Assembly (NCBI GenBank): GCA_963804995.1
Contig: CAWDSK010000006.1
Location: forward strand, 1,216,001-1,280,000
Source: an uncultured Acidobacteriota bacterium
GTDB lineage: Bacteria; Acidobacteriota; Terriglobia; UBA7540
Direction: 5' to 3'
DNA length: 64,000 nt
Position numbers and translations under genes: made by a program. Below are positions 51,120-60,743 of this stretch, one piece after another. Each line of letters opens with the position of its first letter. The stretch's first letter is position 1. Below the pieces are notes generated by a model. That model made no database searches. It worked only from the letters and a program-made list of their open reading frames with translations, and had not been told where the DNA came from.

Positions 51120-51365
51120 TTCCCTTCTGCGGAGTTCATCAAGGGTCACGTAATCACCGCGTGCGTACGCGGCTCTGCCGCGCCGGATAGCTCGCAGTTC
51201 GGCCGGCGTGGGAGTCTCCTCCGGGAATTGCCGAATGGCGATATAGGTGCGGAGCGCTTCCCGGACGAGCTCCGACCGGGTCCGATTCTCCGCCTGCATG
51301 GTTCGCTCGACCTGCTCCGCCATCGCGGGGGGAAGCGAAATGGTAAAGGTCTGCCGTGTTCTCAT
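51072..51365 (-). CDS. Ribbon-helix-helix (CopG) antitoxin
   Basis: TFTISLPPAMAEQVE...NRTRSELVREALR; upstream of the RelE remnant. Confidence 0.85.
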   Translation of the reverse strand: MRTRQTFTISLPPAMAEQVERTMQAENRTRSELVREALRTYIAIRQFPEETPTPAELRAIRRGRAAYARGDYVTLDELRRREIAVAGSSRRARAKIS

Positions 51366-51410
51366 GGTTGTTACCTTGTAACACCTTGTCTTAGCAGCAT
51401 AACAGAGGAA

Positions 51411-51599
51411 ATGACCGTGTCAACGCCTATCTCACTGCGCGGGCTCCCTGAGGCATCGGGCCGCTATGCCGTAAGCCCGCGCTCGCTCCAGGAATGGGAA
51501 CAAGGGCGTCGGCGTCCGGAAAGCGCTGTGCGCGCCTATTTGACGGTGATTGATCGAAACCCGGAAGCGGTGGAAAAAGCCCTCATGAACAAGGCGTGA
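51411..51599 (+). pseudogene. Truncated HigA-like HTH antitoxin
   Basis: RYAVSPRSLQEWEQGRRRPESAVRAYLTVIDRNPEAV C-terminal half only; a second degraded copy of its 3' end is at about 49550-49613. Confidence 0.65.
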
Positions 51600-51697
51600 G
51601 ATGCGAGGGCACCAGCCGTAAGAAAATGCCACGGTTAGGACTGCGCTGACTGCGGCTGCCCGCTTGCTATTTCGGGGAAAAGTGGTAGGGTGCAAGA

Positions 51698-52099
51698 ATG
51701 ATGTATTCGTGGCTCGATGTTGTTGGCCATGTCGCTGATGTTGTGACGATTCTCGGCGTACCTCTTCTTGCGGCGGGCACTTGGCAGCTTGTTAGAGAAA
51801 CTCGGCGAGAACGGGCAGAGCGCAAAGCATTGAAGATTGTGAGCCAAGACTGTCTTGAATTCTACGATCCTCGCCAGAAGGTGGGAGTGAACCTTGTGCC
51901 GTTAGAGAGAGTACTTGCCTTTCCTAGGCCCGGGGATCGCGTCTTGCTGCCCGGAGAAACCCGCGAAGGCAAGAATCTTGGTGGGGGCCAATACGAAGTA
52001 GAGAGCATCACCTTCACCTTTTTCGAAGCCCCGGAAGTGGATCAACCTTGTCCTGCGGTCCCTTCCAAGGTCATCGCTCGCGTCCGCAAGGTGAGTTGA
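51698..52099 (+). CDS. Hypothetical protein with N-terminal TM
   Basis: 133-aa ORF, hydrophobic N-terminus, followed closely by 52128. Confidence 0.6.
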   Translation: MMYSWLDVVGHVADVVTILGVPLLAAGTWQLVRETRRERAERKALKIVSQDCLEFYDPRQKVGVNLVPLERVLAFPRPGDRVLLPGETREGKNLGGGQYEVESITFTFFEAPEVDQPCPAVPSKVIARVRKVS

Positions 52100-52127
52100 A
52101 CGAGCACAGGTACCGGCGGGCCGCAAT

Positions 52128-52679
52128 ATGAGAAGCTCCTATCTAGTTGATAGCATTCTCGAGGAGATCACAAAGGTCATCAATACCGGTGCCTCCCGCG
52201 TTCTCGTGTGCGCCCTTTACCGGGTGAGCTGTGAGGGTTGGTTAAAGGTTGAGCTACTGAAGGCGCTCACCGGGACGTTTGTAGGAAAATCGGACGTAGA
52301 GTTATTGCCAGAGATCGACGACATCGACCTGACTGTGAAGGCTGCTGAACAGCAAGTCTATATTGAACTGAAAACCTTTCCGACGAATTATGGCGGCGGG
52401 GGCAAGCCCATCACGAACTTTATCGACGGCGTGATCCACGATCTGTCCAAATTGGAATTGCGCTCCGGCGCGAATAGCGTTGGTCTGGTTGTCTGGCTCG
52501 CCTATCCTATTCCCGAACCCCCACCGCCGCCTTGGTTGAAGCATCTCGAAAGGGTTGAAGCCGCATCTGCAGGCACTTTGCGCATCGAGAGGCTCTTACT
52601 ATACGAGAACAAGTTCGCTCACATGTACATCATGCGAAGCAAACCGCACGACGGGGAGCCACGGTCAGCGCAGTCCTGA
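52128..52679 (+). CDS. Hypothetical protein, possible PD-(D/E)XK nuclease fold
   Basis: EGWLKVEL...IDLTV...VYIELK...IHDLSKL pattern. Confidence 0.55.
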   Translation: MRSSYLVDSILEEITKVINTGASRVLVCALYRVSCEGWLKVELLKALTGTFVGKSDVELLPEIDDIDLTVKAAEQQVYIELKTFPTNYGGGGKPITNFIDGVIHDLSKLELRSGANSVGLVVWLAYPIPEPPPPPWLKHLERVEAASAGTLRIERLLLYENKFAHMYIMRSKPHDGEPRSAQS

Positions 52680-52813
52680 CCGTGGGCTTTTCTCTCTCCG
52701 AGCCGGATCCATATGAAGCAATTCCAGCAGGCCATGCCATTGCCAACAATGCAAGAATCCACGGTCAGCAACCCACTGACCTTGACTACCCGCTGAAAAG
52801 GGGGAGGACGCTC

Positions 52814-52993
52814 ATGTCCAAGAAAGCCAAAGGAAAACCGTGGTACTCGAAAGATGGAACGGTGCATCACGACAATTCTATGTGCGCCGAGGGAAAGAAG
52901 GTTTCACCTTCACAGCGACTTGAAGGAACCGGCCAAAAACCCCACTGCCCGGAGTGCGGAAAGCTGAATAACTTGCCTAGTTCGTTCCAATGA
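52814..52993 (+). CDS. Small His/Cys-rich putative zinc-binding protein
   Basis: GGAGG RBS then MSKKAKGKPWYS..VHHDNSMC.EG...GTG..HCPEC. Confidence 0.65.
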   Translation: MSKKAKGKPWYSKDGTVHHDNSMCAEGKKVSPSQRLEGTGQKPHCPECGKLNNLPSSFQ

Positions 52994-53059
52994 CGGAGTG
53001 AGCGACGATGAGTACCGACGTGCTGGTCGTGCTGCAAAGACCAGCGAAGGAGTTGTGGA

Positions 53060-55430
53060 CTAAAACGATGACCGCTTGCCTCCGCAAAGTTCCACCGCCT
53101 TCTTGAACGCCTTTTTGAACTTCGGGGCAAACAATTCGTTCGTAAAAACGGTGTAGTCTGACGTGGGAATCGGCTCGTTGAGCTGCGATGAAGTGTGGAT
53201 TATCTTCTTAGCATAGTTCGTTGTGTGGAATCGTACGGAATATTGTCCAGCTACGGCCTCCTTCGAGGCACCCGTTCCAAGGTTTTCAACCTGAATATCC
53301 TCGGGGTCTATGTCTGTAAGAGAGAAGGATTCACGAATCCAGAAGCCCGGAGATGCTTTAGCACGGGTCTCAGTAATAGTCACAGCGCAACTATCACCGC
53401 CATTGCTCTCAAATGTGATGTTGGTTGTTCCGTTGCCTGACTCCTCTTCGGAAGCTCCCTTGAGCCATTGCAGTGTCTCGCTCAGTTTTGCGGGCACCGG
53501 AGGCTTTTCGTTGGGACCAAGCTCCGCCAGCGGTGCCTCGACCCTGGGCTTTTGTGCAGCGGACGCGATAGCGGCCGGGGGAGACTTCACTTGTTCTTGT
53601 GCAGGACTCAATCCAGACCCTGTCCGAATTAGCTCGTCGTTGGTAATGTCTAAGAAATCTGCTGTTTGCACCGTGTTTATTCCTCTCCAAGGTGAAAACA
53701 CGAGTTGATTCTGCTCTTGCCGCATAAGGTCATCTCCTATGCTCTTTCCTACCCTGTCGACCATATACGTGCAATCATGGTCAGTCATCGGTCGGCCAGG
53801 TTTGTACGGGCCGTCAAAAAAGGTTAAAGACTCACGGCACTTTGCGGTCATGCGGTGACCCTTGTGTTCAATAATGTAAGCGCCGTTTCTGAAGGCGGTG
53901 ACGTAGTAGGCATCGGCAAGTGTCGTTTCATTAGAATTGGTAAAATCAGGGCGCTGGCTGTGGTGCGAAAAATACCAGACCCCGACAACGATAACGATCA
54001 GCGCAGCCCCCGCGATGATGAAAAACTTGACCTTCTTGTGCGGCCTTGAAATCGTCTGGAACTGCAGAGGCTGGGCCGCCTCGGGCGGGCGCCTAAACCA
54101 ACGCACAAGAAAGAGGACCAGATAGATAAATCCCCACGCCAGAGATACGGGGACGAATGCGACAATTGCTGCCTCCATTCGCTCGCTGGGAAGCCTTCCG
54201 TCAAGAATGGCTTGTTTTAGTTGTTCACATTCGTTTTCACCCACCTGCTTTTCAAGGCAAGCCTGCCACATCACAAAGGCAAACCGCATATCGGCGTCGT
54301 TTGTGACCTTGAGAGTATAAATACCTGCACCGAGAATCCAGATGATTGAAGCGATAACGCCTATTTTTTTCCAACGAGACCAAAGCCATTTTCGTCGCGA
54401 GGGGTGAGCTGTTTCGGGGACGGCTTTAGCGGCAACTGTGTCGCCCACCGCGGTGGGAACAATTGTACTGGGCGCGGGCGTGACGGCGGTCTGTGGCTGT
54501 GACTTGGCGGCTTCCCGTTGCGCCTCGGGATGCGCAGCAAGCTGAGTACCGGCTTCGGTTGCCTGCGCGAACTCACGTGCGAATTCCAACACCGAGCCGT
54601 AACGCTGATTACGGTCTTTAGTGAGGGCTTTCATCACCGCGATTTCGAATTGGGGCAGGGCGGCGAAGTTCGATTTGACGGTGCGGAATGACGGCGGGTC
54701 TTCCTGCATGTGCATGCGCAGGTATCCGACCGGAGTATCGGAATGAAACGGCGTGCGGCCGGTGAGCATCTCGTACACCACCACGCCCAGCGAGTAGATG
54801 TCGGAGCGCGCGTCCAGTTCATCGCTCCTCATGCCCGACGCCTGCTCGAATGACATGTACGCGGGCGTGCCGAGCACCATTCCGGTCTGCGTGTGGGCGC
54901 CGGATTCGCGCAGCTTGGCAATGCCGAAATCGACGATTTTCACCTGAACGTTCGCCGGTGGGGATGTGGGCGCTAGAGCCTTCCAACTGTGCCGGCGGGG
55001 ACGCCGGCGCTACGGTCTGCGCGGGTGGGGACACCCGCGCTACAGACTCGTCGTCGGGGTACGTAAGGAAAATGTTATCGGGTTTGAGGTCGCGATGAAT
55101 GATGCCCAGCTTGTGCGCGGCGTTCAGTCCACGCGCCGCTTGCTGGAGAATTTCCGCAACCTCCGGCACGGGAAGCGCGCCACGCCGCGTGAGGGCCTGA
55201 CGGAGAGATTCGCCTTCGAGATACTCCATGGCGATATAGGGCGTGCCGTCATCGGCCTGGCCGGATTCGTGAATGGTGACGACATTCGCGTGATGAATGC
55301 GCCCCGTGGAAGCAGCTTCACTCTGAAAGCGCAGCAGAAATTCAGGGTCATCCAGCAGCTTGCGGCTCAGGACCTTGAGCGCTACGGGACGTTTGCCGAC
55401 TGCGATCTGCTCAGCGAGGAGGACCGCAAA
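53060..55430 (-). pseudogene. Hanks-type Ser/Thr protein kinase, 5'-truncated, with a +1 frameshift near 54981
   Basis: VALKVL, IHHANVV, IIHRDLKPDNIFL, VKIVDFGIAK, GTPAYMS, DIYSLG; the Gly-rich loop is missing and replaced by a repeat element; TM and extracellular C-terminal modules. Confidence 0.8.
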
Positions 55431-55433
55431 GTT

Positions 55434-55716
55434 GAACCACCAAGTCACCAAGACACAAAGCAGGAGCTAGACAGGAGAAGTCCTCTAGCTAGGATTGTTA
55501 ACCGAGAGTTGGCTACTCGATGCTCAGCTTTCTTGGTGTCTTGGTGGTGGAAAGAAACCATGATCTGAGGCGCTTTCACCGACGGCAAAATGAACCACCA
55601 AGACACCAAGCCACAAAGAAGGAGTTACAAGGTGGAAGTCGGCAGGCCAGGACTGTTAGCCGGGAGTTGGCTACTCCACCCTCAGCTTTCTTGGTGTCTT
55701 GGTGCCTTGGTGGTGG
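55434..55716. repeat. Two tandem ~120-bp MITE-like elements with CACCAAGAC-type inverted ends
   Basis: GAACCACCAAG(T/A)CACCAAG ... CTTGGTGTCTTGGTG at 55434-55550 and 55592-55716, with a shared GAGTTGGCTACTC core. Confidence 0.85.
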
Positions 55717-56074
55717 GGGCTTGAAAAACTGGTCAGCGGTATTTCAAGGGGTGATTTGTCCGATTTATTTCATATTTGGGCTACCGGTAGCCCAAACGCA
55801 TACATTGCCTATTGACATAGGCCAGTCGATGAAGCGCACAATAGAGGTGAGGAAGCGTAGCGCCATGATGCGTCCAGGCAGCCCTCGAAGAACCACGGAC
55901 CCCAAACACGGGGGTCTGCCATGCCCTACCGTGAAGGCTTGTAAACATTTCTCTGTGTCCTCTGCGTCCCGAAGAGCAGAGGTCACGGAGAAGCTCTGGG
56001 AGGAGCGCAGCGCCGTGCCAAGGCGCGGCTGAAGTTCTTCTGTTTTTCGGAACACAGCGCCCGAGGTTTGTGAA

Positions 56075-56328
56075 GATGTTCATGAAAATAAAGGGGGTTA
56101 GGCGTGAGAAGGGATTTTTTAGCAAAAACCTATCTAGTTGAAATAAAATGAGTTGCATTTACTGCGGGTAAGAAAAATAGCGCAAATAATTTCGATCAGG
56201 ATAGTCTGACGATGTGTATGAAAACAAAGGAAAACAAAAGCGACAATTTGGCAAGTCTAGCGATGTTGATGAAAACACGTAAGTTATGGCTGTTTTGCCA
56301 CGATGTTTATGAAAAGAAAGGTAGTTAG
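56075..56328. repeat. AT-rich array of GATGTNNATGAAAA motifs
   Basis: Copies at 56075, 56211, 56262 and 56302, plus a degenerate copy near 56135. Confidence 0.75.
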
Positions 56329-56661
56329 TGAAGAAAATGGGAAGAAAAATGGACCAAGCCGTCGCCATTCGCACCAAGCGTCTGCATCCAGCCGGGAACC
56401 ACCAAGCTCGCGGCGCTGCGTCCAAATGGGGAGACGAAAGAACCCCCATCGAGTAGAGGGCTGAAAGAATCGGGTGACGCGATGATCGGGGCGAAGCTGG
56501 AAGGTAGGAAGAGCGTTGGACTGGAGATAAAAAGCGGTGAGGCCCGCTCCCTAACCGACCCGCCGCAGCCCCTACCTCGGCCACCGGTTGTCACCGCGAG
56601 GACAAGCAACCGCGACGGCCCGGCAGACTCGCGGCGAGCGACCAACCCTACCGACCGAATG

Positions 56662-57270
56662 CCCCCCGCCCGTGACGCACTTCCCCAAATCGGTAATCGG
56701 TGGGTTGGCAACTCGGGATGAGGGAAATTGGGTGGCCTGCGGGACAACTCGTGCCGCATTTCGGCTCGTCGGCGATCACAAGATTAGGTCCATATGCATC
56801 GGTGGCTAAGAGACCCCTCACCCGTCGCGCTCCGGCTGGTGAAAACGCCGGCAGCGCGCCACCCTCTCCCCCTCGGAGAGGGCTATGAATTTTCACCTTG
56901 CGCTGATGACCGCTGGCCCGATGGCGCGATCTCCACCCCCCCCCCGCCGTGACGCACTGCCCCGCTTCGGTTATCGGCGGTGCCAGTTAAGAAAATGAAT
57001 CAAATGCTGACTTTGAAAATCGCCAATCACAAGTCGGAAAGCAGAAATGAGCGGATCACCGGATCGCCCGATCAACCGATCTCCCGATTGCCCGCCCCGC
57101 CCGTGACACACCTCCCCGCTTCGGTCATCGGCAGGCTGGCGTCAGAGGATGAGGTCACAAAGACTGGCCGAGGGCGCGACGCAATGAGGATCAAATAGTG
57201 ACACCCAGCCTGACCGACTCCGCCCCCGCCGTGACGCACTCCCCCGCTTCGGTTATCGGCAAGTTTATGA
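56662..57270 (+). repeat. Four dispersed direct repeats CC(C)GTGAC-N16-GTHATCGG
   Basis: GTGAC at 56672, 56949, 57103, 57231, each with an exact 16-nt spacer. Confidence 0.85.
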
Positions 57271-57563
57271 CGGAACCTGAGCCCAATTCCGCCGATCGGA
57301 GGCGGGCAGCAAATCGCTGGCCTGGCAATTCGACCGCCCGATTGCCGCCACAGGGGCCGTTACCCCGCAAATCAAACTGCTCAAACATCCCACCGCAGGC
57401 AGATTCCAAAATCGCGCCTGGGGGTGTTACACTCGCGACCGGCTGCGACGATCTGCGGGGATTCTAACTTCCACCGTCGCGGTACCGCAGGGCGCAGTAG
57501 CAAATGGTCGGCGTTGTGCGAATGGGAACGCGGCGTGGGCAGCAGGAGAGAGGGAGAGTAGAC

Positions 57564-58730
57564 ATGAGAAAAGATGGTTCAGGATTGTTCGGCCGCCGCG
57601 AGGTGGCCAAGAGTGCATTTCTCGGCGGAGCGTCAATTCTGCTCGGAACGTCGGCGCGGGCAGAAGGAGTTGCGGTGGGCGGTGAGTTCATCAACGTCCG
57701 GCAGTTGGGCGCCACTGGAGATGGGAAGACGGATGACACCAAGGCCTTCCAGCGCGCGCTCGATGCGGCCGGGGAAACGCGTGGCGCGGTGTTTGTGCCC
57801 GCCGGTGTGTATCTTTGCGCGGAACTCCAGATGCATCCCAACACGGCGCTGGTGGGCGTTCCCACCTGGGATTATCGCAGCACGGGCGGAACCGTCATTC
57901 GGCTGTTGAACCCTGACGCGAGTTGCCTGCTCAACATTACCGGTGCTTGGGGCTCCACGGTGGACGGCCTGGCACTCGACGGCAGGAACTTGGGCAAAGG
58001 CATAAATGGGATCTTTCTCAACAAACCGACCTATGGAAAACGCGAAGACGCCTTCCGCATTGAGCGCTGCCAGGTACGAAACTTCTCGGGCGACGGGCTG
58101 AACCTGACGCGCGCCTGGTGCTTCTCCGTCCGGCACTCGATGTTGGCAAGTAACCAGGGAGATGGCTTGAGGCTCAGGGGTTGGGATGGATTTCTCGTCG
58201 ACAACTGGTTTTCCGGAAATCGCGGAGCGGGCTATGGGGCGCGGGAGGAGAACGCTTCGGTTACCTTCACCGATAATCGTATCGAGTGGAATCGCCAGGA
58301 GAATATGGTTATCACCGGCTGCGATGGGTACCAGATCACCGGGAATTTCTTTGATCGCGCCGGAACCTGTGGCCTCGCTCTGCGCAACGGCAAGCAACCG
58401 TGCGCGCAGATCACCATCACAGGGAATTATTTCAAGCGCAGCGGTAAGGAGGCGGATCCCGAAAGCTATGATTCGTCGCAGATCATGATGGAAGGGGCGA
58501 GCGGTGTCACTTGCGTGGGAAATAACATCTGGGCAGGGCGGGATGATGATGGCCGGGGCGACTGGAGCCCATCCTACGGTATCGTTTACAAGGGCCTTGA
58601 GAACTGCGTCATCTCCCAGAACGTTCTGCACGACGGCGCCCTCCGGCAAGTGCTGACGGATTTGGGGGGCCACGGCGAAGGTGTGATCATCAAGGATAAT
58701 CCCGGCCGGCTGTTTAAGGTGCCGCAATAG
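57564..58730 (+). CDS. Tat-exported right-handed beta-helix protein (pectate lyase 3 / GH28-like N-terminus)
   Basis: GRREVAK twin-arginine signal, INVRQLGATGDGKTDDTKAFQRAL, VFVPAGVY, Asn-ladder repeats (ITGN). Confidence 0.85.
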   Translation: MRKDGSGLFGRREVAKSAFLGGASILLGTSARAEGVAVGGEFINVRQLGATGDGKTDDTKAFQRALDAAGETRGAVFVPAGVYLCAELQMHPNTALVGVPTWDYRSTGGTVIRLLNPDASCLLNITGAWGSTVDGLALDGRNLGKGINGIFLNKPTYGKREDAFRIERCQVRNFSGDGLNLTRAWCFSVRHSMLASNQGDGLRLRGWDGFLVDNWFSGNRGAGYGAREENASVTFTDNRIEWNRQENMVITGCDGYQITGNFFDRAGTCGLALRNGKQPCAQITITGNYFKRSGKEADPESYDSSQIMMEGASGVTCVGNNIWAGRDDDGRGDWSPSYGIVYKGLENCVISQNVLHDGALRQVLTDLGGHGEGVIIKDNPGRLFKVPQ

Positions 58731-58860
58731 ACGTGGCGAACCGCCCATGCGGGCCAGATCATGGCGCGCCACAAAGCGTAGCGGCAACTGTCGGTAGGTC
58801 CGCGGCTTTGCTTTGTCAATAGCAAACGAACCGCGGACCTTCAAAACATCGGCTTCAGGC

Positions 58861-59847
58861 CTAGCATTCAGAGGCTCCTGAGTTGCGTTCTGCGGCCAGG
58901 CGGCCAACTTTCATCGAAAGAGAAAAGACTTCGCCGATTTTCACCAGTCCCGCCAACTTGTATTTTCCGAAGGAGGCAAGCCCTGCCGATGCCATGCAAC
59001 CGCACTCCGTGCAAACCGGACGCCCACCAAACTGGCACGGCGTGATGGCAGTAGTGAGGTCCGCCGAAATACAAGTCGTCGCCTGGGCGAACATGCACTC
59101 CTCCGGCGAGGTGGGAGGATCGAGGAAGCCTTTTAAAACGCGGTCGCCTAATTCGATGAGCGGGAAAATCCGACGCAAGCGGGAGAGTTCTTCGAGCGCC
59201 CGGGCGCGATCCTGCGAGGTCAGCCGTTCTTCACTCTGCTCTCCCTCTTGCGGCGTGTACAGGCTGAACCAAATCTTTCTCACTTCCTTTCGCTGCGACC
59301 AGAAGCTCGCGAAATCATGCAGATAGTTTGGCCGCTGTACTATCTGCCGGGTGATCGTACAGTGAACGTTAATTCTGTGGCCGACAATGTGTTTCAGGAT
59401 GCGCTCGTACGTGGCTGGGGCTCGGCGCAAATCATGTTCGGGCTGCAGGCCGTCTATCGAGATGGCAAGATAAAGATTGGACAAGTCAGCGAAGGAAGCA
59501 GGGATGGGCCGCACGGCGCTAGTGACCAGCAACACCTCCACGCCCATGTCCTCGAGCTTGGGAAGCAGGACTTCCAATTCGCGGTAGCGAACCAGGGGTT
59601 CACCTCCCACGATGGAAACGTGCAGCGGCCGGAAGCGGCGGACCACCCCTAGAACTCCCGCCACTAACGCGTCTCCCTGAAGGTCGCGAAGTTGACGGAG
59701 GGGGCCCGCGTTGCCCAAATGGCCTGGCTCGTAAGCGTAACAGCCGGGGCACCGTAGGGGACATTCGCGGGTGATCTCAATCGATAGGAAGGGCTTCTGT
59801 CCACGCAAAATTCGACCCCAGGCTGGGATCAGATCTCTAGTCTTCAT
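58861..59847 (-). CDS. Radical SAM protein
   Basis: ECPLRCPGCY, VGGEPL, SIDG...HD.RR, C-terminal CQFGGRPVCTECGC. Confidence 0.9.
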   Translation of the reverse strand: MKTRDLIPAWGRILRGQKPFLSIEITRECPLRCPGCYAYEPGHLGNAGPLRQLRDLQGDALVAGVLGVVRRFRPLHVSIVGGEPLVRYRELEVLLPKLEDMGVEVLLVTSAVRPIPASFADLSNLYLAISIDGLQPEHDLRRAPATYERILKHIVGHRINVHCTITRQIVQRPNYLHDFASFWSQRKEVRKIWFSLYTPQEGEQSEERLTSQDRARALEELSRLRRIFPLIELGDRVLKGFLDPPTSPEECMFAQATTCISADLTTAITPCQFGGRPVCTECGCMASAGLASFGKYKLAGLVKIGEVFSLSMKVGRLAAERNSGASEC

Positions 59848-60247
59848 TACTGCTCCCTTTTCGACCCTTTAGGTCCAGTTTCCGGGCTGAAAAGTCCATC
59901 GCTCGATTTCGCTGCGATCAGTCCCACCTGGGCGAAAAGTAGTGGGACCTCGCGCGCTATGCCGCTGGATGCGCAACTTCTGGGACAAATCCAACTGACA
60001 TTTAGTCCGTTAGATTAACATATCCGCAGTGGAGTTGCAGGGTCCGCCGATTTTGTCTCCGCCACTGGGCCGCACCAGAAAAGCGGACAAAATTACCGAC
60101 ACGCTTTAGCCCCGGCAGGCTCATTATTAAAGCTTGCCTGGAGCCCCGCCTAGCTCCCCAAGGTGCCCTGGCTGGCTGATTAGGGAGCTTCAGTCGGTTT
60201 CGCGAATGGCCATAGAGGAAAAGAATTCTCAACCCAGGATGAACCCC

Positions 60248-60301
60248 TTGACAGAGGCCATTTGGCTGGATATTCTATATCCGACAAGATTAGTCGGATA
60301 T
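60248..60301 (+). promoter_or_regulatory. Sigma-70 promoter TTGACA-N17-TATTCT followed by IscR type-1-like operator ATATCCGAC-N7-GTCGGATAT
   Basis: -35 at 60248-60253, -10 at 60271-60276, perfect 9-bp inverted repeat at 60277-60301 immediately before the Rrf2 ATG. Confidence 0.8.
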
Positions 60302-60305
60302 CCAT

Positions 60306-60743
60306 ATGCTGAAGCTCTCGAAAAAGGCGGATTACGGATTGATAGCGGTAAGACATTTGGCAGAGCAGCCTCCTGCAACGGCCAGCAGCGCCAAGGAGAT
60401 TGCCCGCACCTACGGGATTCCGACCGAATTGCTCGCCAAGATACTTCAGAAGCTGGTCAAGAACGGCGTTCTGGTCTCCCAGCATGGGATGAACGGGGGT
60501 TACGCCTTGGCCCGGCGGCCAGCGGAAATCTCTGCCTTTGAGGTGATTCGCGCCATAGAAGGCCCATTGTTCATCACCAGTTGTGTGACCGACCGCCGCG
60601 AGTGTGGCCAGATGACGCGCTGCACGGTCCGCGAGCCTCTGCAAAAGGTGAATGAGACGCTGGTCAAAGCGCTGAGCGCCGTATCGATTTCCAGCCTCTC
60701 CGAAGGCGACCAGGATCTGGTGCAAATCGGAGGCGGGCGATGA
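60306..60743 (+). CDS. Rrf2 family Fe-S cluster regulator (IscR/SufR-like)
   Basis: [21 protein letters not shown], three Cys (C-x6-C-x5-C); leads iscS-sufB. Confidence 0.92.
   Translation: MLKLSKKADYGLIAVRHLAEQPPATASSAKEIARTYGIPTELLAKILQKLVKNGVLVSQHGMNGGYALARRPAEISAFEVIRAIEGPLFITSCVTDRRECGQMTRCTVREPLQKVNETLVKALSAVSISSLSEGDQDLVQIGGGR

Noticed and set aside
56662..57270. CRISPR array from the four GTGAC repeats
   Set aside because: Spacing is irregular (about 130-280 bp), the repeats are degenerate and no cas genes are present
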